Shown: one piece after another, positions 1 to 13,784 of the stretch
Layout of the letters: each line of letters opens with the position of its first letter
Position numbering within the stretch: position 1 is the stretch's first letter
NCBI RefSeq assembly: GCF_006345805.1
Contig: NC_042999.1
Span: forward strand, 103,230,001 to 103,294,000
Origin: Octopus sinensis
Taxonomy: Eukaryota
Direction of reading: 5' to 3'
DNA length: 64,000 nt
Position numbers and translations under genes: made by a program
The notes under the pieces: model-generated
What the model was told of the DNA's origin: nothing
The model's input: only the letters and a program-made list of their open reading frames with translations
The model's database searches: none

Positions 1-109
1 CTAAATATAATGAATATACGGACATTTTCATTAAGCAATTTCATGTTACACAACATTCCTATATTACAGCTTTGTTTCTTGTATCATTTCAATTTCAAAT
101 AGAATTATG

Positions 110-340
110 AACGCTCTAACTGCATACTAATAAAGTCAAACAGAATCCCTAAAGTGTGCGAAGTTATACTAAGTAAAATACCAATCAAAACCGCATCATT
201 CAGACTCAAGATATGTCTATCCACTACCTCAAATATCATAGAAATCTCTTTAATATCACCAGCGCATTTTCTTTTCAAAATCCCATGAATCCAGTTCACT
301 ACAAAAGTATCCGACTTCAAAGAAATTTGACATAAAGAAC
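110..340 (+). mobile_element. Possible highly decayed LINE reverse-transcriptase remnant
   Basis: A + frame reads NRIPKVCEVIL..IP..SFRLKICLSTTSNIIE followed by a DFKE/FD-like stretch, loosely resembling the IPxxWK..PIxK..YRPISL..KxxE and DFxKAFD motifs of APE-type LINE RTs. Weak match. Confidence 0.3.
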
Positions 341-777
341 ATAAGACGATCTCAATGACAAAAATGCCATATGTACATTATTTATATGTTATCGATGCCT
401 TCTATGCTAAGGTTTAAACTCCAGTCCTCATTACGTGACTATAAGCAACATAATAATCAGTGACTCATTTAAAATGTCATGAAGCAACTATAATAATAAT
501 AAGAAGAATAATCAACTACATAGTTATTTTGTCCCAAGGCAAACTGATCGAGCAGTCTTAAGTCCCAGCCATGACTATTCCATCTGAATTTTTGACATAC
601 TGTATCTATGACTCACTTTTCGTATGTGTTCGTATGATTTGTTAGATGCTCTGATGTAACATGATTGAAATTTGGGTATTATTTCTCGTTGACAGGGCGA
701 CATTTTAGAGACTTCCTCTTTAGGAAATTCGTGTGTATTATGGGTTGTTTTAGCACCGTTCATTAATGATAGAACAA

Positions 778-910
778 ACCATTGCTAGCCGATGCTGCAC
801 AGCAAACTAGACCATTCCTAATCAAACCTTCACAACAACCCCGACCATTGCTAGTCAAGGCTACACAATAAGCTCGATCATTGTTCACAATCTATACAAC
901 CACCTAAACA
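778..910 (+). repeat. Degenerate 33-bp minisatellite (about 4 units)
   Basis: Units start at 778, 811, 844 and 877 with ACCATTGCTAG/ACCATTCCTAA/ACCATTGCTAG/ATCATTGTT, an exact 33-bp period. Confidence 0.75.
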
Positions 911-955
911 CTTGATTGCATGGCTCGATAAAATAACACATACACATGTGTGTGT

Positions 956-1238
956 GAAGGCGCATGGTCCAGTGGTTAGAGTGTTGCACTCAGGGGCGCG
1001 GGAGCGTGGTTTCAAATCCTAGACCGGATGGTGAGTTGTGTTCTTTAACAAAACACTTCATCTCACGTTGCTCTGTGATCACTCCGACACCTGGTGTGTG
1101 GTACAGTGTACATTTTCAGACGACGTCAATTTGATGCAGAGAGTGCGCTTTTGTGTAGAACATTTGATCACTATAAGCAAATCATTTCTGCAGGCCATTC
1201 GTCAAAAAGCTGAATGCTCACACGTCATCTTTGACGCG
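956..1238 (+). mobile_element. tRNA-derived SINE (family A)
   Basis: A-box TGGTCCAGTGG and B-box GGTTTCAAATCC; body ...AACAAAACACTTCATCTCACGTTGCTC shared with copies at 43253, 53625 and 50660. Confidence 0.85.
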
Positions 1239-1248
1239 TGAGTCCATC

Positions 1249-1406
1249 ATATATATATATATACATACATACATACGTATGCATGTATGTATGTATGTAT
1301 GTATGTATGTATGTATGTATGTATGTATGTATGTATGTATGTATGTATGTATGTATGTATGTATGTATGTATGTATGTATGTATGTATGTATGTATGTGT
1401 ATATAT
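1249..1406. repeat. (TA)n/(TATG)n microsatellite
   Basis: Long perfect GTAT tandem run. Confidence 0.98.
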
Positions 1407-1589
1407 ACTCGATTATTACCTCTTTATATGAAATTCATGCCTCGATATACGTACGAAACAGTGAATCATACATTGACTTGTATGGACGAATCGTGGAAAA
1501 TGTCGATATATGCATTTGAAGTAGCATTGAATAAAAATTTAAGATTAATTCTGTTTCAGTTGCTTACAGTTATAATAATGATGCTTTCT

Positions 1590-2010
1590 GATTTAGGCAC
1601 AAGGCCATCAATTGGAAAGGAATGGCTGGTTGATAATATCGACCTTAGCATTTGGTTAGTGAACTTATAGTGATCAAATGTTCGTGCCACACGTTAGTTC
1701 ACTCTCTCCATCAAAAAAAAAAAAAATGGAAAGCAAAGTTGATGACAGTGAGATTTGAACCTAACGTGTAAAATTTCGGAACCTACTTGCAAGATACTTT
1801 TCCGAATCTCTAATGATTATGCCAATACATCAACCTTCGGTTGTTTGGAATTTATGGATGAGAGGCCAGTAACTTTTGAGGCAAGTATGTTAATTGATTA
1901 TTTGGACCCAAGCACTTGAGCAGTATTTTACTTCATGAACCCCAGGGATAAACTTAGTAGGATTTGAATTCAGAATGTAAAGAGTTGAAACAAAACCAAA
2001 AGGCATTTCT
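1590..2010 (-). mobile_element. Two decayed SINE copies (family B)
   Basis: GGCACAAGGCC...ATCGACC...GGAAAGCAAAGTTGA...GATTTGAAC matches the better-preserved copies at 54741-55138 and 59343. Confidence 0.65.
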
Positions 2011-2382
2011 ATGTTTTTGTGTACACATTTTTATTACTTTCTTCAACTCTTGCTGATGGAATCTTCAGAAATATATTGCAAAATAAGAAACTCTTGATGA
2101 TAAGGAACTATAGCACAAAGGATCAGATAATTTTTCAAGGTTATAGTATTGTAGACCAAGTGGATCCTTACATTTCCTTGCAGTAGTTTTATTGAATCTA
2201 GATTGTACTAGTACGGAATAAATGTTATCTGATAACAAAAATATTTACAAATAAACAATATATTTCGCAGTCCCATCACACAGACATACACATACATACA
2301 CATACAAGTATTTGCTTTCCACGATAAATGAATATCATGCAGAAAGATATCGATTCCATTTTCTTTTACTTTTTTCTTCCAG

Positions 2383-2520
2383 CTCCTGGACATTGGCCAT
2401 GATGTGGGGTCGCCATCTTTCTTGCTACTGTTTCTATATGTGGCCTGTCTTTGATCAATGATGGAGTGTGAACTTGCTACCATCATTTATTTGTTTATAT
2501 TCTAATAAAAGTATTTTCGT
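2383..2520 (+). other. Candidate 3'-terminal exon of an unidentified upstream gene
   Basis: Strong acceptor TTTTCTTTTACTTTTTTTCTTCCAG ending at 2382; all frames stop within about 80 nt (phase 1 gives xPGHWP*); AATAAA at 2504-2509. Confidence 0.45.
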
Positions 2521-3199
2521 ACATTGACTGTTGCAATGCAAATAACATAATTCATTTAGCTATGGTGGTTTCATGCAATACATGTTGTAGAAATCATTCT
2601 TGTAGAGTATTTCCCTTTCCATGATATTCTGATAGGAATATTTGAACTCTATAGGTGCTGTATGGTTAAATCTCTAAGAAGCTTGTGTCTCGGGTTTGAT
2701 TCTACTGTATGGTTTCTTGGGCAAACGTACTTGTCTATAGTCTCGGGTAAAACCATTCCTTGTGAGTAAAAATGGTAAATGAGAACTGTATAGGAAATCA
2801 TTCAGATAGAATGTAACTCTTAAATGAAATCCAGTCTTAACACATTGCCAAGCTGGTTCGATCGGAGAAATACACTAAGGATACAGCTTTTCACAGAATA
2901 CAAGGCTACTTACACTCTAATTCAATAAGCCTAGTAGATCATTTGATCAAGCAATTGAACACACATGGTCGGAAATTCTTCCTACACCTTACCTGTGCTT
3001 CTTAGTTGTTTAGCTGAAAGTGAACGATAATCGAGCTGTCATACAAACAAAAACGTCCTGTCTCAAATTGGCCTAGCTTTAGGTTTTATACATGGTGAGT
3101 CTAGGATTACATTTTTTGATGAGTGTAGTGTACTATTTGAGATTTGATTGATCGAATAAGCATTTAGAAGTCTTTTCTAAGGTTCGTTATTGTACTTTT

Positions 3200-3221
3200 G
3201 TTGTTGTTGTCGTCCGGGTCG

Positions 3222-3268
<47 letters not shown>

Positions 3269-3280
3269 CTTGTTCTTGTT
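3200..3280. repeat. (TTG)n microsatellite
   Basis: Direct observation. Confidence 0.97.
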
Positions 3281-3765
3281 TAATCTCAGTTCATTGATCA
3301 AAAGCATTTCAACTGTGACTGTCCAGCCATTTTATATCTTTCAACATATAATGCGTACCTTTTTATATATGATCATAAGATGAGGGGGTGATTTGTAGAA
3401 AATAAGCCGCGGTTTTTTTGTTTTTTTTTAGACAGAGCAGTTGAATAGTGGTTTCTCTCTGAATAATTTGGTTATATAGAGTTAGAAAGAGAGTGAGTGG
3501 GTAGATAGATGGAGAAAGAAACTAAGAGAGATAGACAGTATGTGAGTGTAAGTACTGTCTATGCTATGGGCGCAAACCAAACGATCGTTGATGAGCTTAT
3601 GAGCTATCTTCACTCCTGTAGTCTTCCTTATCTACCAGCAGAAACACACTCCTCGGAATGAGTGTTTTATAAAAGAAAACAAAAGCTTGAATTAATAATT
3701 CATTGTTAACGACACATCAATTACAAAATCGAAATTACTGATATGCTCACTCGTTTTTTTACGCA

Positions 3766-3928
3766 TATATATAGTAAATACGCCTCATGATTATGCTCAT
3801 TCTTCTCGTGAGAATTAAGATAATTTCTCTGCTGCTATTTTCATCAGTACCATTTTACTTGAACATAGACGATACGTTGTAAGGCTATTCGTGCACACAC
3901 ACTTCCTTCATATTCACACAAGGTATGA
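3766..3928 (+). promoter_or_regulatory. Candidate TATA+Inr core promoter and non-coding first exon
   Basis: TATATATA at 3766-3773; Inr-like TCATTC with its A at 3799 (about 31 nt from the TATA); ATG-free to a donor CAAG|GTATGA after 3922. Confidence 0.3.
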
Positions 3929-6068
3929 AACATAATTATGGTTTGTGGGAATGAAAATAGAATTAATTGCGCTTTACCTATCTCTTAACATGTGTAATTA
4001 TATTGTTCTCATCTGTTTTTCCAGCTTCGTGTTCCCAGTTCAAATTCCGCCTAATTTAACTTTGCCTTTCAGCTTTTTAGAATCGATAAAATAACCAGTT
4101 GAGCACTAGGGTCAATGTAATCGACAAGCCCCTCCCCACAAAAAGGATTATATTGTTCCAAACTATTATTAAAACTGTCAAAATGTTCTGATAATATTAC
4201 CGTGATTGGTAGATTTCTTGCATAAGCAGAGTTTCTAAATTTATCTGAAGAAGAAATATTAACTTACAAATGCAAAATGAAATATAGCTAATTGGTCTTC
4301 AGGTCGTTTTGTAGGTGTAGTCACTCTGTTGCAAGCTTTCTGATGAGACTTCTGTTTCTTCTTTAGTTCATATGTATCTTGAATACATTAATTTCAGTTA
4401 TTAATCGAAATTAATCTTACTAGTACAAGACGAACCTAAAACTTTATAGGTACAGCCCTTCATTCCTCCTTCATCATATGGACGAAAAGAAATGAAATTC
4501 AATGGTTTCGAAAATCTGATTTCAGTTTTTCTTCCAAATGAAATTTATTTCAATGAACATGGTAATATGCTTTTAATGAAAGCTAACAAATTGTGACACT
4601 ACGATAATATATTATCTAGGCCACCATGATTAGCACCTCGAGTGAATCAAAATATATTCGGCTTGTTATGGAACCAGTTATACTTTAAAACATTCAGATA
4701 TTTCCTCCTTTCTTATGCTCTGCAGCTGACTAACAACTATATAATATATGGGAAAACAGTAGACGCTAGCGATCATCTACGTCGACAAATAACGTACAAA
4801 AAGTGGAATGAATTTCATAATATGAAGAAGAGATGTTTTTATTGCTAACTGTATGTTAGAAAAGTTCACTTCTTCCACATATCTGAAAAAATGAAATTAC
4901 AAGCAAAACAGCAGGAAATTATTTGTGTCGTCCAAATATATTTTATGTTTAAATCATATATGCAACCTTTCTCTTGTAACTTCAAATGTTTAATTAAGGA
5001 AATGCTGAATAGTGTTTATGTTATGAAAATTTCTAATGCACCGGTGATATTGCCCCTATTAGTTCGAATTGAATATTTTGAGCACTCAACAGCACCCATT
5101 AGACTCCGAACAGAACGTATTAGCTTATCTTGCTTTGAGAGGCTATTAAAAGACTCAAGTTCCTTGAGAGTTTAATTCAAAATATAAATCAAGACTTATA
5201 ATTGTTATATAAAAGTACAGAAAATAAATTTTGAAATGATATGCTATAGAATATTCTCGTTATATTTAGGATTTTGCTTTGTCGGGGGTTGGGAATATAA
5301 ATAAGATTAATATTTTATCATTCTACAGAAATCAGATAATATTACTTTTATGTTATCAACTTGTCGAAGATATGAAATAATTCCTGAAATAGATGAGTTA
5401 TGATAGAATATTTCGTTGACAATAACCTTTATAATTATGGTCAAGAGGGAAATCGATTTAAAAAAATACTATTCTTATCGATTAGAAATTATTTATAAGA
5501 TCTTATATTGATTGACATCTCACCATCTTTACATATATAAAGTTAGAAAAAGCTGGTTGCATTTGAATGAAAAATATGAGACTGCCAAAACAGTACTTGA
5601 AAATATGTTCAAAGAACGATGAGATTAAAGGAGGAAAAAAATTCTCAAGAAAACTTTATGATGAAATATTTACTGTACAAAAGTTGAAATTTCTTTGATG
5701 ATAATGATGAATGAAGTGAAGTAGTAGAGAAGAGATATATAAGGGAGAAGCAACATACTTGTTTTGCAGTGTGTATGTATGTGTTTTTGGTGACGAAGAA
5801 AATAATAAAGATATTAGTTTGATTTATTTCACGGATGTTTAGGTTGGAGAGTACCGTGAGGTCAGTGTGATATACTAACGATCTGCTTCTGTTCCTTGAT
5901 CTGATGTTCATTTCGGTTTCCATTCTTGGATAGAAATATTTTATCGATATCACTGCAATGGAGAAATAGGAATACTGTAATATAGATTATAGTCTTAGGA
6001 GAAAAGAATACATCACACACTACGCGCGCGCACACACTCTTACATACATACCAACGACACATACATGC

Positions 6069-6103
<35 letters not shown>

Positions 6104-6441
6104 TCTCAGTCTCACTCTTTCTCTCTGTATGCATGCGCATATATATATGTTTATGCATATACGTATATAAGTATCGTAGAGTTCATAAGAATTTATAAAC
6201 TTTGAGAGAACATCAAATAATTTTTTTCAAGAATAGTGGTTTTGAAGGAGAAAAGTTATAAAAAGAACTTTTGGATACGAAAAGTTGAAGACAACATTCA
6301 ACTTTTTCTCTCCAAAGGGATTTTAAAAGTCCGATATCTACACAGTGTTATTTATAGCTTTTCTGCTTCGAGATCCACGGTTCCGAAAATGAATAATATA
6401 TATATATATATAATATGTGTGTAGAGAGAGAGAGGGAAACG

Positions 6442-7368
6442 TCTTATAATAATTCTGATTGTCATTACGTTACTTAGCCCGTCGTTACGCTTTCACGTGA
6501 TTAGAGAAAACGAAAACAGAAAAGAGGATAAGGCGATGAGTGAGGCAGAAAAAGAGAAAAAGAAAAAGAGGGAGAGAGAAAAGATGAAGAGAGAAGCTTC
6601 CATGGCATGTGGTAGGGGAACGTAATGTTATTATGTGGTTAAAAAAGTTAGTTGAAGGTAGTGATATAGAGAAGAGCTAGGAATATAATTTTAGCAGAAG
6701 GGTGATGTTCTGATGGTGAGATTAAAAGCAGAGAGAAAGAGCGAGAGAGAGATAGAGACAGACATACAGAGAAAGAAAGAGATATGATGGTAGTGGTGAA
6801 GGTGATGGTGGTGGAGGTGGTGATCTGAATGCATAGTAAAAAGTAATTGTTTTAAAAATTGAACTAAGCTTTTTATATCACCTGCAAATTGAAATGTGTA
6901 TTGACTCTGACCCATCACCTTGGCTTATAAGTTATTAACGATGTGGTTTACAGAATATGCTATGTTGCATTAAATCTTTACCCCCGTGAAATTGTGACCC
7001 ACCATATTTTACATATAAAATACTTTTTTTACTATGAAATTTTTGTTTTCTAGATATGAAATTGTGACCATGTAAATTTTAAAAAGTAATTCTTTCTGTT
7101 TATGGGGAAAATATAAAAATAAGAGTTAATATATATATTATAAGGGATATGTATTAAATCTATAAAATTGTGCACAGTGTATAAATTGTATATATAAAGT
7201 ACATTAAGTATTCCAATTTCTTTCACTTTTCAATTAGTTGCAAATGAACGACTAGCTTTCCATATAAACATAACACAGGTTAGACTCTCAGTTTTTTTGT
7301 ATAAAATTTTCAGAAATAACCCAATAGGTTTACCATTAATTCCGTGAAATATTCACGGGTTCCGCTAG
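6442..7368 (+). mobile_element. Non-autonomous Helitron
   Basis: 5' TC (TCTTATAATAATTCTG); 3' hairpin CCGTGAA-ATA-TTCACGG followed by CTAG (7365-7368) and then T. The 5' 550 bp recur at 19486-20001. Confidence 0.8.
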
Positions 7369-7734
7369 TGAAGCATAAATTTAGTATTCTTTATTTTATC
7401 TGTTGCGGTTATGTTTCATAAGCGATATATTAAAAATACGATTTAAAAACGTTGTTTAAACGTACCAAACCCGTTATAAGATAAACAAGCAAGTATCTTA
7501 TATAAAATCCCTGAGAGATACAAGACGACAAGTGAGATGTAGGCTTCGTCCATACAACAAGTGTATACAGTGGCAATACGAGGTAAGTCGCCCAATGGAA
7601 TGTGGAAGCAGAGGTCAGGCAGTAAGTAGGTATAGAAGGTAGTGTGGGAGGGGTTTTTAATCACCGGCGACCAAACTACACATATAAAATATTCGAAAAG
7701 AAAACGAAATTATCAATTTTTTATACACTACAAC

Positions 7735-7925
7735 GGTGAGCTGGAAGTATCGTTAGCACATCGGCCAAAATTCTTAATGCCATTTCTTTTAGCTATTTAC
7801 GTTTCTAGTTCAAATCCTGTCGTTTATCCTTTCGGGTTCGATAAAATAAAGTATCAGTCAAGTACCTGGGTCGGTGAAATTGGCTTGTTTCCTTCACTCA
7901 AAATTGCTGACCTTGTGCCAAGATT
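7735..7925 (+). mobile_element. Decayed SINE (family B)
   Basis: GGTGAGCTGGAAGTATCGTTAGCAC...AGTTCAAATCC...CCTTTCGGGTTCGATAAAATAAAGTA, similar to 27525. Confidence 0.7.
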
Positions 7926-8174
7926 AAGATGAATCAATTTTATTTTTTTAATACATTAGATCTATTTTCGCTTAACATTCCTGAATTTTTCTGTAATCAT
8001 AGACTCGCTCAATATATTATGTTGTATTGAAATTGCCGGAAATACAAAATATAGCCTCAGAAATAGGCTTCTGTTGAAGGTGAAATTTTGGCTATGTATC
8101 CAATACTGTCATTTAAAAACCTACTTATAATGTTTATATGCATACATTACTTTCGAGAATCCATATATTATTCT

Positions 8175-8410
8175 ATTTTTTCTTTTATCTTGTACTTGCT
8201 TCAGCCATTTGATCGCGGCTATGCTGGAGTGCCGCCTTCAAGTGTTTTAGTTGAAGAAATTGACCAGAGGACTAATTTCTTTTAAAGCTTAGTACTTAAT
8301 CTATCGGATCTTTTGCCGAACTGCTAAGTTACGGCAACTTAAACACACGAACACCGGTTGTCAAGCGGTGATGGTGAGACAAACACAGACACAAGGACAC
8401 ACACACACAT

Positions 8411-8441
<31 letters not shown>

Positions 8442-8600
8442 ACGACTGTCTTCTTACAGTATCCGCTAACCAAATCCACTCACAAGGCTTTGGTCAGCCC
8501 GTGGCTATAGTAGTAGACACGTGCCCAACGTGCCATGCGGTGCGACTGAGCCCAGAGCGGCGTGGTTGCGCAGCAAATTTCTTACTACACAGCCCCCACC
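8175..8600 (-). mobile_element. SINE(s), families C/D, reverse orientation
   Basis: Reverse complement of the AAGGCGGTGCTCCAGCATGGCCGC tail plus the CAAATCCACTCACAAGGCTTTGGTC body seen at 21490 and 53428. Confidence 0.75.
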
Positions 8601-10088
8601 CCACTGCGTCTATATATAGTTTGTAGATAAATTTTATGATAGGAGTATTGTTTATTATAATCTCCATTCAAGTTATTACTTATCAAATATATAATCTCAT
8701 AAATACTGATATTGTAATTTCTTAAAACGGGGGAAGTTTACTTAATTCTCTATAAAGATGTATAATATGTCATCAATTACAGTAGAATTTTGTGTTTAAT
8801 AAACTCATATATCAGAATAACTAATTTATTTGTATAATAATTTACGAACTATTAATGAATATAAAGAAAATGATTTTGTGTGAGGTCATATTAATTAACT
8901 ATTAATTCATTATTATTACATTTTTCATACACTTTTCATCGACGTATGGAGCAAAACACTTACATATAGATTCATGCACACGTTGATAAACAACACACCC
9001 AGGTACACACGAACTTACGCACACATACACACAAGATCACATAGTGTATGTGTGTGTGTTTGTTGTGTGTGTGTGTGTGTGAAACAAAGTGAGGGAAAGA
9101 AAGAAAAGGTGGGACTGCGAAAGAGAAATCGACAGAAACTGCGTATGAAATACAGAGTGAGTGGAAAAATGAGCCGAAGTTATAATTGAATACAGTATAT
9201 TATATATATATTTTTTATCTACAGTAAAGTATCATATATTTATATATAGTATAGTATGCATGAATATTACTTGAAACAGTTACGAAGTACATATCAACGT
9301 TGCGTTTTCTGATCAGTGTTGGATTAACTGAAAGCCAATGCATGTCATTTAAAATTAAATTACTGAAAAAACAACTTTCATTAAAATCTCTATAACGTGA
9401 CAAACGACTCATTGCGTCCTTTGTCATTTAAACTACCGCATGTTGTTTTTTTCTTTTCAAGTGACATGCGTCACTTTTTTTATTGTTGTGACATTTAGTA
9501 ACTGCTTCTTTTTTTTATATACGTATTTCTTTTAAAACATGCGTGTCATTACAAAGCCATCTTCTTGCACATGCCAGGGAAAATATGCATCATTGTCGTA
9601 ACTCATAACTACCTAGGCGATTTACCTTTATGGCAGAATAAAACGTTTTAGCAACAATATTGGAATGAAAAGGCTCGAGTACTGTACAATAAGACTTTTT
9701 TTGGAAAAAATATTTTATATACACTATCGGTACCCGTGAAAATACCACGGCCCATTTTGTGGTATAGTATCAGCCGTAAACATCTTGCCTCTCGGTAATA
9801 ATATCCTTCCATTTCTTTTGTAATCAGTTGATTAATTTCTAAAAATCTTATCTATAATGTCCAGTCACGTCTTCTCTCCTAGCCTGTTTTACTCTTTCTG
9901 GTTTCTTAGAGGATGGCAGCGGCATTGGGGAAATCACTGGTCGCTTAGCGTCTGAAAGCACGTATCCACGTCAACTACAACTCATAAAATAAAATTGGCC
10001 AAGATCATACTTTCTCTACATACAGGAATGCGCGCGCGCATGCACACAAACACACACACAAACACACACACACAAATACACACATACG

Positions 10089-10123
<35 letters not shown>

Positions 10124-10149
10124 GCACACACACACTCGGACGGAGACGG

Positions 10150-10495
10150 AAAGGAAGTGGTTTCATCGATCTATCTTTTACGTGTTTTAGTCCCTGGTCT
10201 AGCGAATCGACCCCAGTATTTAGCTTCTTAAAGCCTAGTAGTTATTCTATTTCTTTTGCCCAACCGCTATCTTACGGGGGACTTAAACAAACCAACACCG
10301 GTTGTCAATCGGTTGCATGAATCAAAGACACTCACACACACATACGCAAACACACACTACGGGCTTCTTTCGCTTTCGTCTACCAAACCTACTCACAAGG
10401 CTTTGGTCGGACCTTGCCCAGAGTGTCACGCAGTAAGACAGAACCCGTAACGATGTGGCTCAGAAACAACCTCCTTACTACACAGTCATGCCTGT
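10150..10495 (-). mobile_element. SINE, families C/D, decayed
   Basis: ACACCGGTTGTCAA and ACTCACAAGGCTTTGGTCGG are shared with 8175-8600. Confidence 0.7.
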
Positions 10496-11065
10496 TTGAA
10501 TATTTTAGCCCATGCTAGGAAGAGACTCATTAATGGCAGTATTGATTATTTCTAATAAAATAATATTCACATAAGCAAATAGGAAAGAACTTGGTTAACT
10601 TTATCAACCAGGGATACAATGCATAACTGCAAAAGAAGGCACCCTATGTGTTTCAGTGAACTAAGCCTCAGTTAGATCTCACCTTTACATCATCAAAAAG
10701 GACAATATAATTTGGATAATGCAGTACTGGATGAGGTAATAAATCTGGAAAAAGGATCAACTAATGAGGTGTTATATATTATACTTCATGCATCATAAGT
10801 ACGCAATGCTGAAGGCTGTGCACTTGAATGGTCACAGTTCAATGGCTGAAAAATGCACAAGAATAGATAAATCTGTCTATCTATATACACAGAAGTGCAT
10901 ATATCTATGTGTGTGAATGTGTGTGTCTGTGTATGTATTTGTACAACTCTCTTGGTTATACCCTCTCTCTACGTAATATAATGTATGTGTATATATAAAC
11001 ATTACACAATATGACGCAGAGAGAGGGTATAACAAAGAGAGTTATATACACCCCCACACATATAC

Positions 11066-11096
<31 letters not shown>

Positions 11097-11929
11097 TGTA
11101 TGTATGTATGTATGTGTGTATGTACACACGCGCACGCACGCGTATATACATATTATTCATCGAGAATGGAGGCGAAAACCATTCCTCCATGTGATCAGCT
11201 TGAAAAATATTTAAGATATTAAGATATTTTTCTTAACATGAAACCAATGGTAAATTTTATATACACAAATAAAGATATTCTATCCACGAATTCGGTGTTG
11301 AGCACTCTTTCGCATCGTTCGACATTTGCTTGTATACATACATACATAGATACAGACACATACACACATATATATATATGGAAGAAGGTTCGAAATTATG
11401 AATTACGTATCTTAGTTCAAGTTAAAAGACACTTTCTACTTTACCAAATATAGATAGCGAAAATCAGTTATTAAACCCTTCTAGATACATTATCTTCACA
11501 CATTATTGAAATATGAATGCACCTATTGTTCCACTGGTTTTTTGAGTTTATGTCGCATATATTTGTACATGAACACATGCAGTATATGCATATATTTTTT
11601 ACACATATAGGAAGTTATATCCACACGTATACGTGTATACGGGTGCATTTACATATGCGAGCTGAAGTTGGAAATTGATGAGGAATCATTGCGCATTAGT
11701 GTATGTATGTGTGCGTGTGTGTGTGCGCGCGTGCGTGTGTGTGCGCGCGCACGTGTGTGTGCGCGCGCACGTGTGAATGTATGGGTGCATATGTTTCTGG
11801 AGACGCATTGATTATTTAGCGTCAACCATGACGTATTTGCAAACATAAACTATTACAACGATGTACATCAATTTTGTACATCCCACTACCTATCTGTCTC
11901 TTTGTCTGACTTTCTTTCTGTCCCCCTTA

Positions 11930-12234
11930 ATATATATACATACATACATGCATATATAAATATATATATATATAGATATATATATATATGTATATGTACA
12001 TACATATATGTATATATATATATATATATATACATACATATATGTATATATATATATGTATATATATATACATACATGTATGTATATATATATGTATATA
12101 TATACATATATATATATGTATATATATACATACATGTATGTATATATATATGTATATATATACATATATATATATGTGTATATATATACATACATATATA
12201 TATATGTATATATATATACATACATATATGTATA

Positions 12235-12278
<44 letters not shown>

Positions 12279-12500
12279 CATATATGTATATATATATATG
12301 AATATATATACATATATATATACACACACATATATATGTATATATATACATATATACACACACATATATATATACATACACACATATACATATATAAATA
12401 CACACATATGTATATACACACACACACATATATACATGTGTGTCTGTGTATGTGTGAATATATTTATATGTATATATATATATATATTTGTATGTATATG
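11930..12500. repeat. Compound (TA)n/(TACA)n microsatellite
   Basis: Direct observation. Confidence 0.97.
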
Positions 12501-12836
12501 AATTGTAATATATATATATGCATTTTTTTAAATCTTCATACACAGGCAAAATTCGAGTGAGAATTAATATTTCAGTTAGAATTGTGGAAATTACTTATTT
12601 TGAAAATTCATTACTTTGCTTGATGTTTTGTCAAAGTTTGTTGATATTGTTACTTATAAATAGTATTAGACTTATATATCACCTGAAGATAATTCATGTT
12701 CATTATTATGTTTTTAATAATTCAATATTATCAGAAGGAAATTATAATAGCATGAAAAGTGTACGTGTGTAGGTATGCATGAATTCTAGCATCATCTACG
12801 TATGTATGTACGTATGTATGTATGTGTGTATGTATG

Positions 12837-12870
<34 letters not shown>

Positions 12871-12936
12871 TCTATCTATCTATCGATCTATATAACTAGC
12901 TAGTTAGCTAGCTACCTCTCTTTCTCTCTCCCTCCC

Positions 12937-13017
<81 letters not shown>

Positions 13018-13029
13018 AACTATCTGTAA

Positions 13030-13500
13030 GAATAGATGATGTTAAAAATAATAATGATAAAAAGGACGAAAACGACGACAGTGATGATGATGATGATGAT
13101 GATGACGATGATGATAATGACGTCGTCGAAGACGAAGACGATGATGATGAGGACAATGATAGGAAGAAGCTGGAGAAAATAAAAGTGCACCTTGATAATA
13201 AGTCTACTAGGCCTAAAGACTATGATATACACATTGATAAGGATAATGATGATTATGAAACTGCTGTTAATACCGATGACGATGAAGAAAGGCAGGAGCT
13301 TGCTATGTTTGAAAGAAAGAGCAACGAGATGAAAATGGAGACGCTGCTCCTGACTACTATGGTGAATGGAGTGATAATGATTTGAAGAATATAGATGAAT
13401 ATGAGCAATTAAAATGGGACTGATGATAATGATGACAATGGCGACTCGTAGGAAGAAGAATAGTTGTAGGAAATTTTAATAAATGAGTAGATGGTGATAA
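13030..13500. repeat. Degenerate (GAT)n/(GAC)n low-complexity tract
   Basis: GATGAT runs decaying downstream, with stops in all frames. Confidence 0.85.
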
Positions 13501-13784
13501 CATTGATTATTATAATTATTAGTTTTGAAAACAAAATAATTTGTCAGTCATAAATATCTGGAAGCCCAATTTTCAACGAATTATTTTGTTTAGCGATTCG
13601 TGTTTATTTGTTTTATATTAATACTTTAGTCATAATTAAATGTAAACTTATGTTTTTTATAAATTGTTTTTGTATAATTTGAAAATCTCAATTGTCATGT
13701 TAAAATTATTAAAATATAATAACCTGCAATAAATGATTTGAAACGTTGAATTAGAAACATTGGCACTTCCCTTTGTATTATATA

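Noticed and set aside
778-910. CRISPR-like array
   Set aside because: Units are contiguous degenerate tandem repeats without unique spacers, in a eukaryotic context with no cas genes.
4726-4850. Exon-like segment with acceptor and GTATGT donor
   Set aside because: Several short ATG-stop frames and no convincing coding phase; compatible with chance.
9215-9770. Third Helitron (hairpin CCGTG..CACGG near 9736-9752)
   Set aside because: No clean CTRR terminus or defined 5' TC, so too weak to call.
13030-13385. Asp-rich acidic protein-like frames
   Set aside because: Decayed (GAT)n microsatellite with stops and no clear splice structure.
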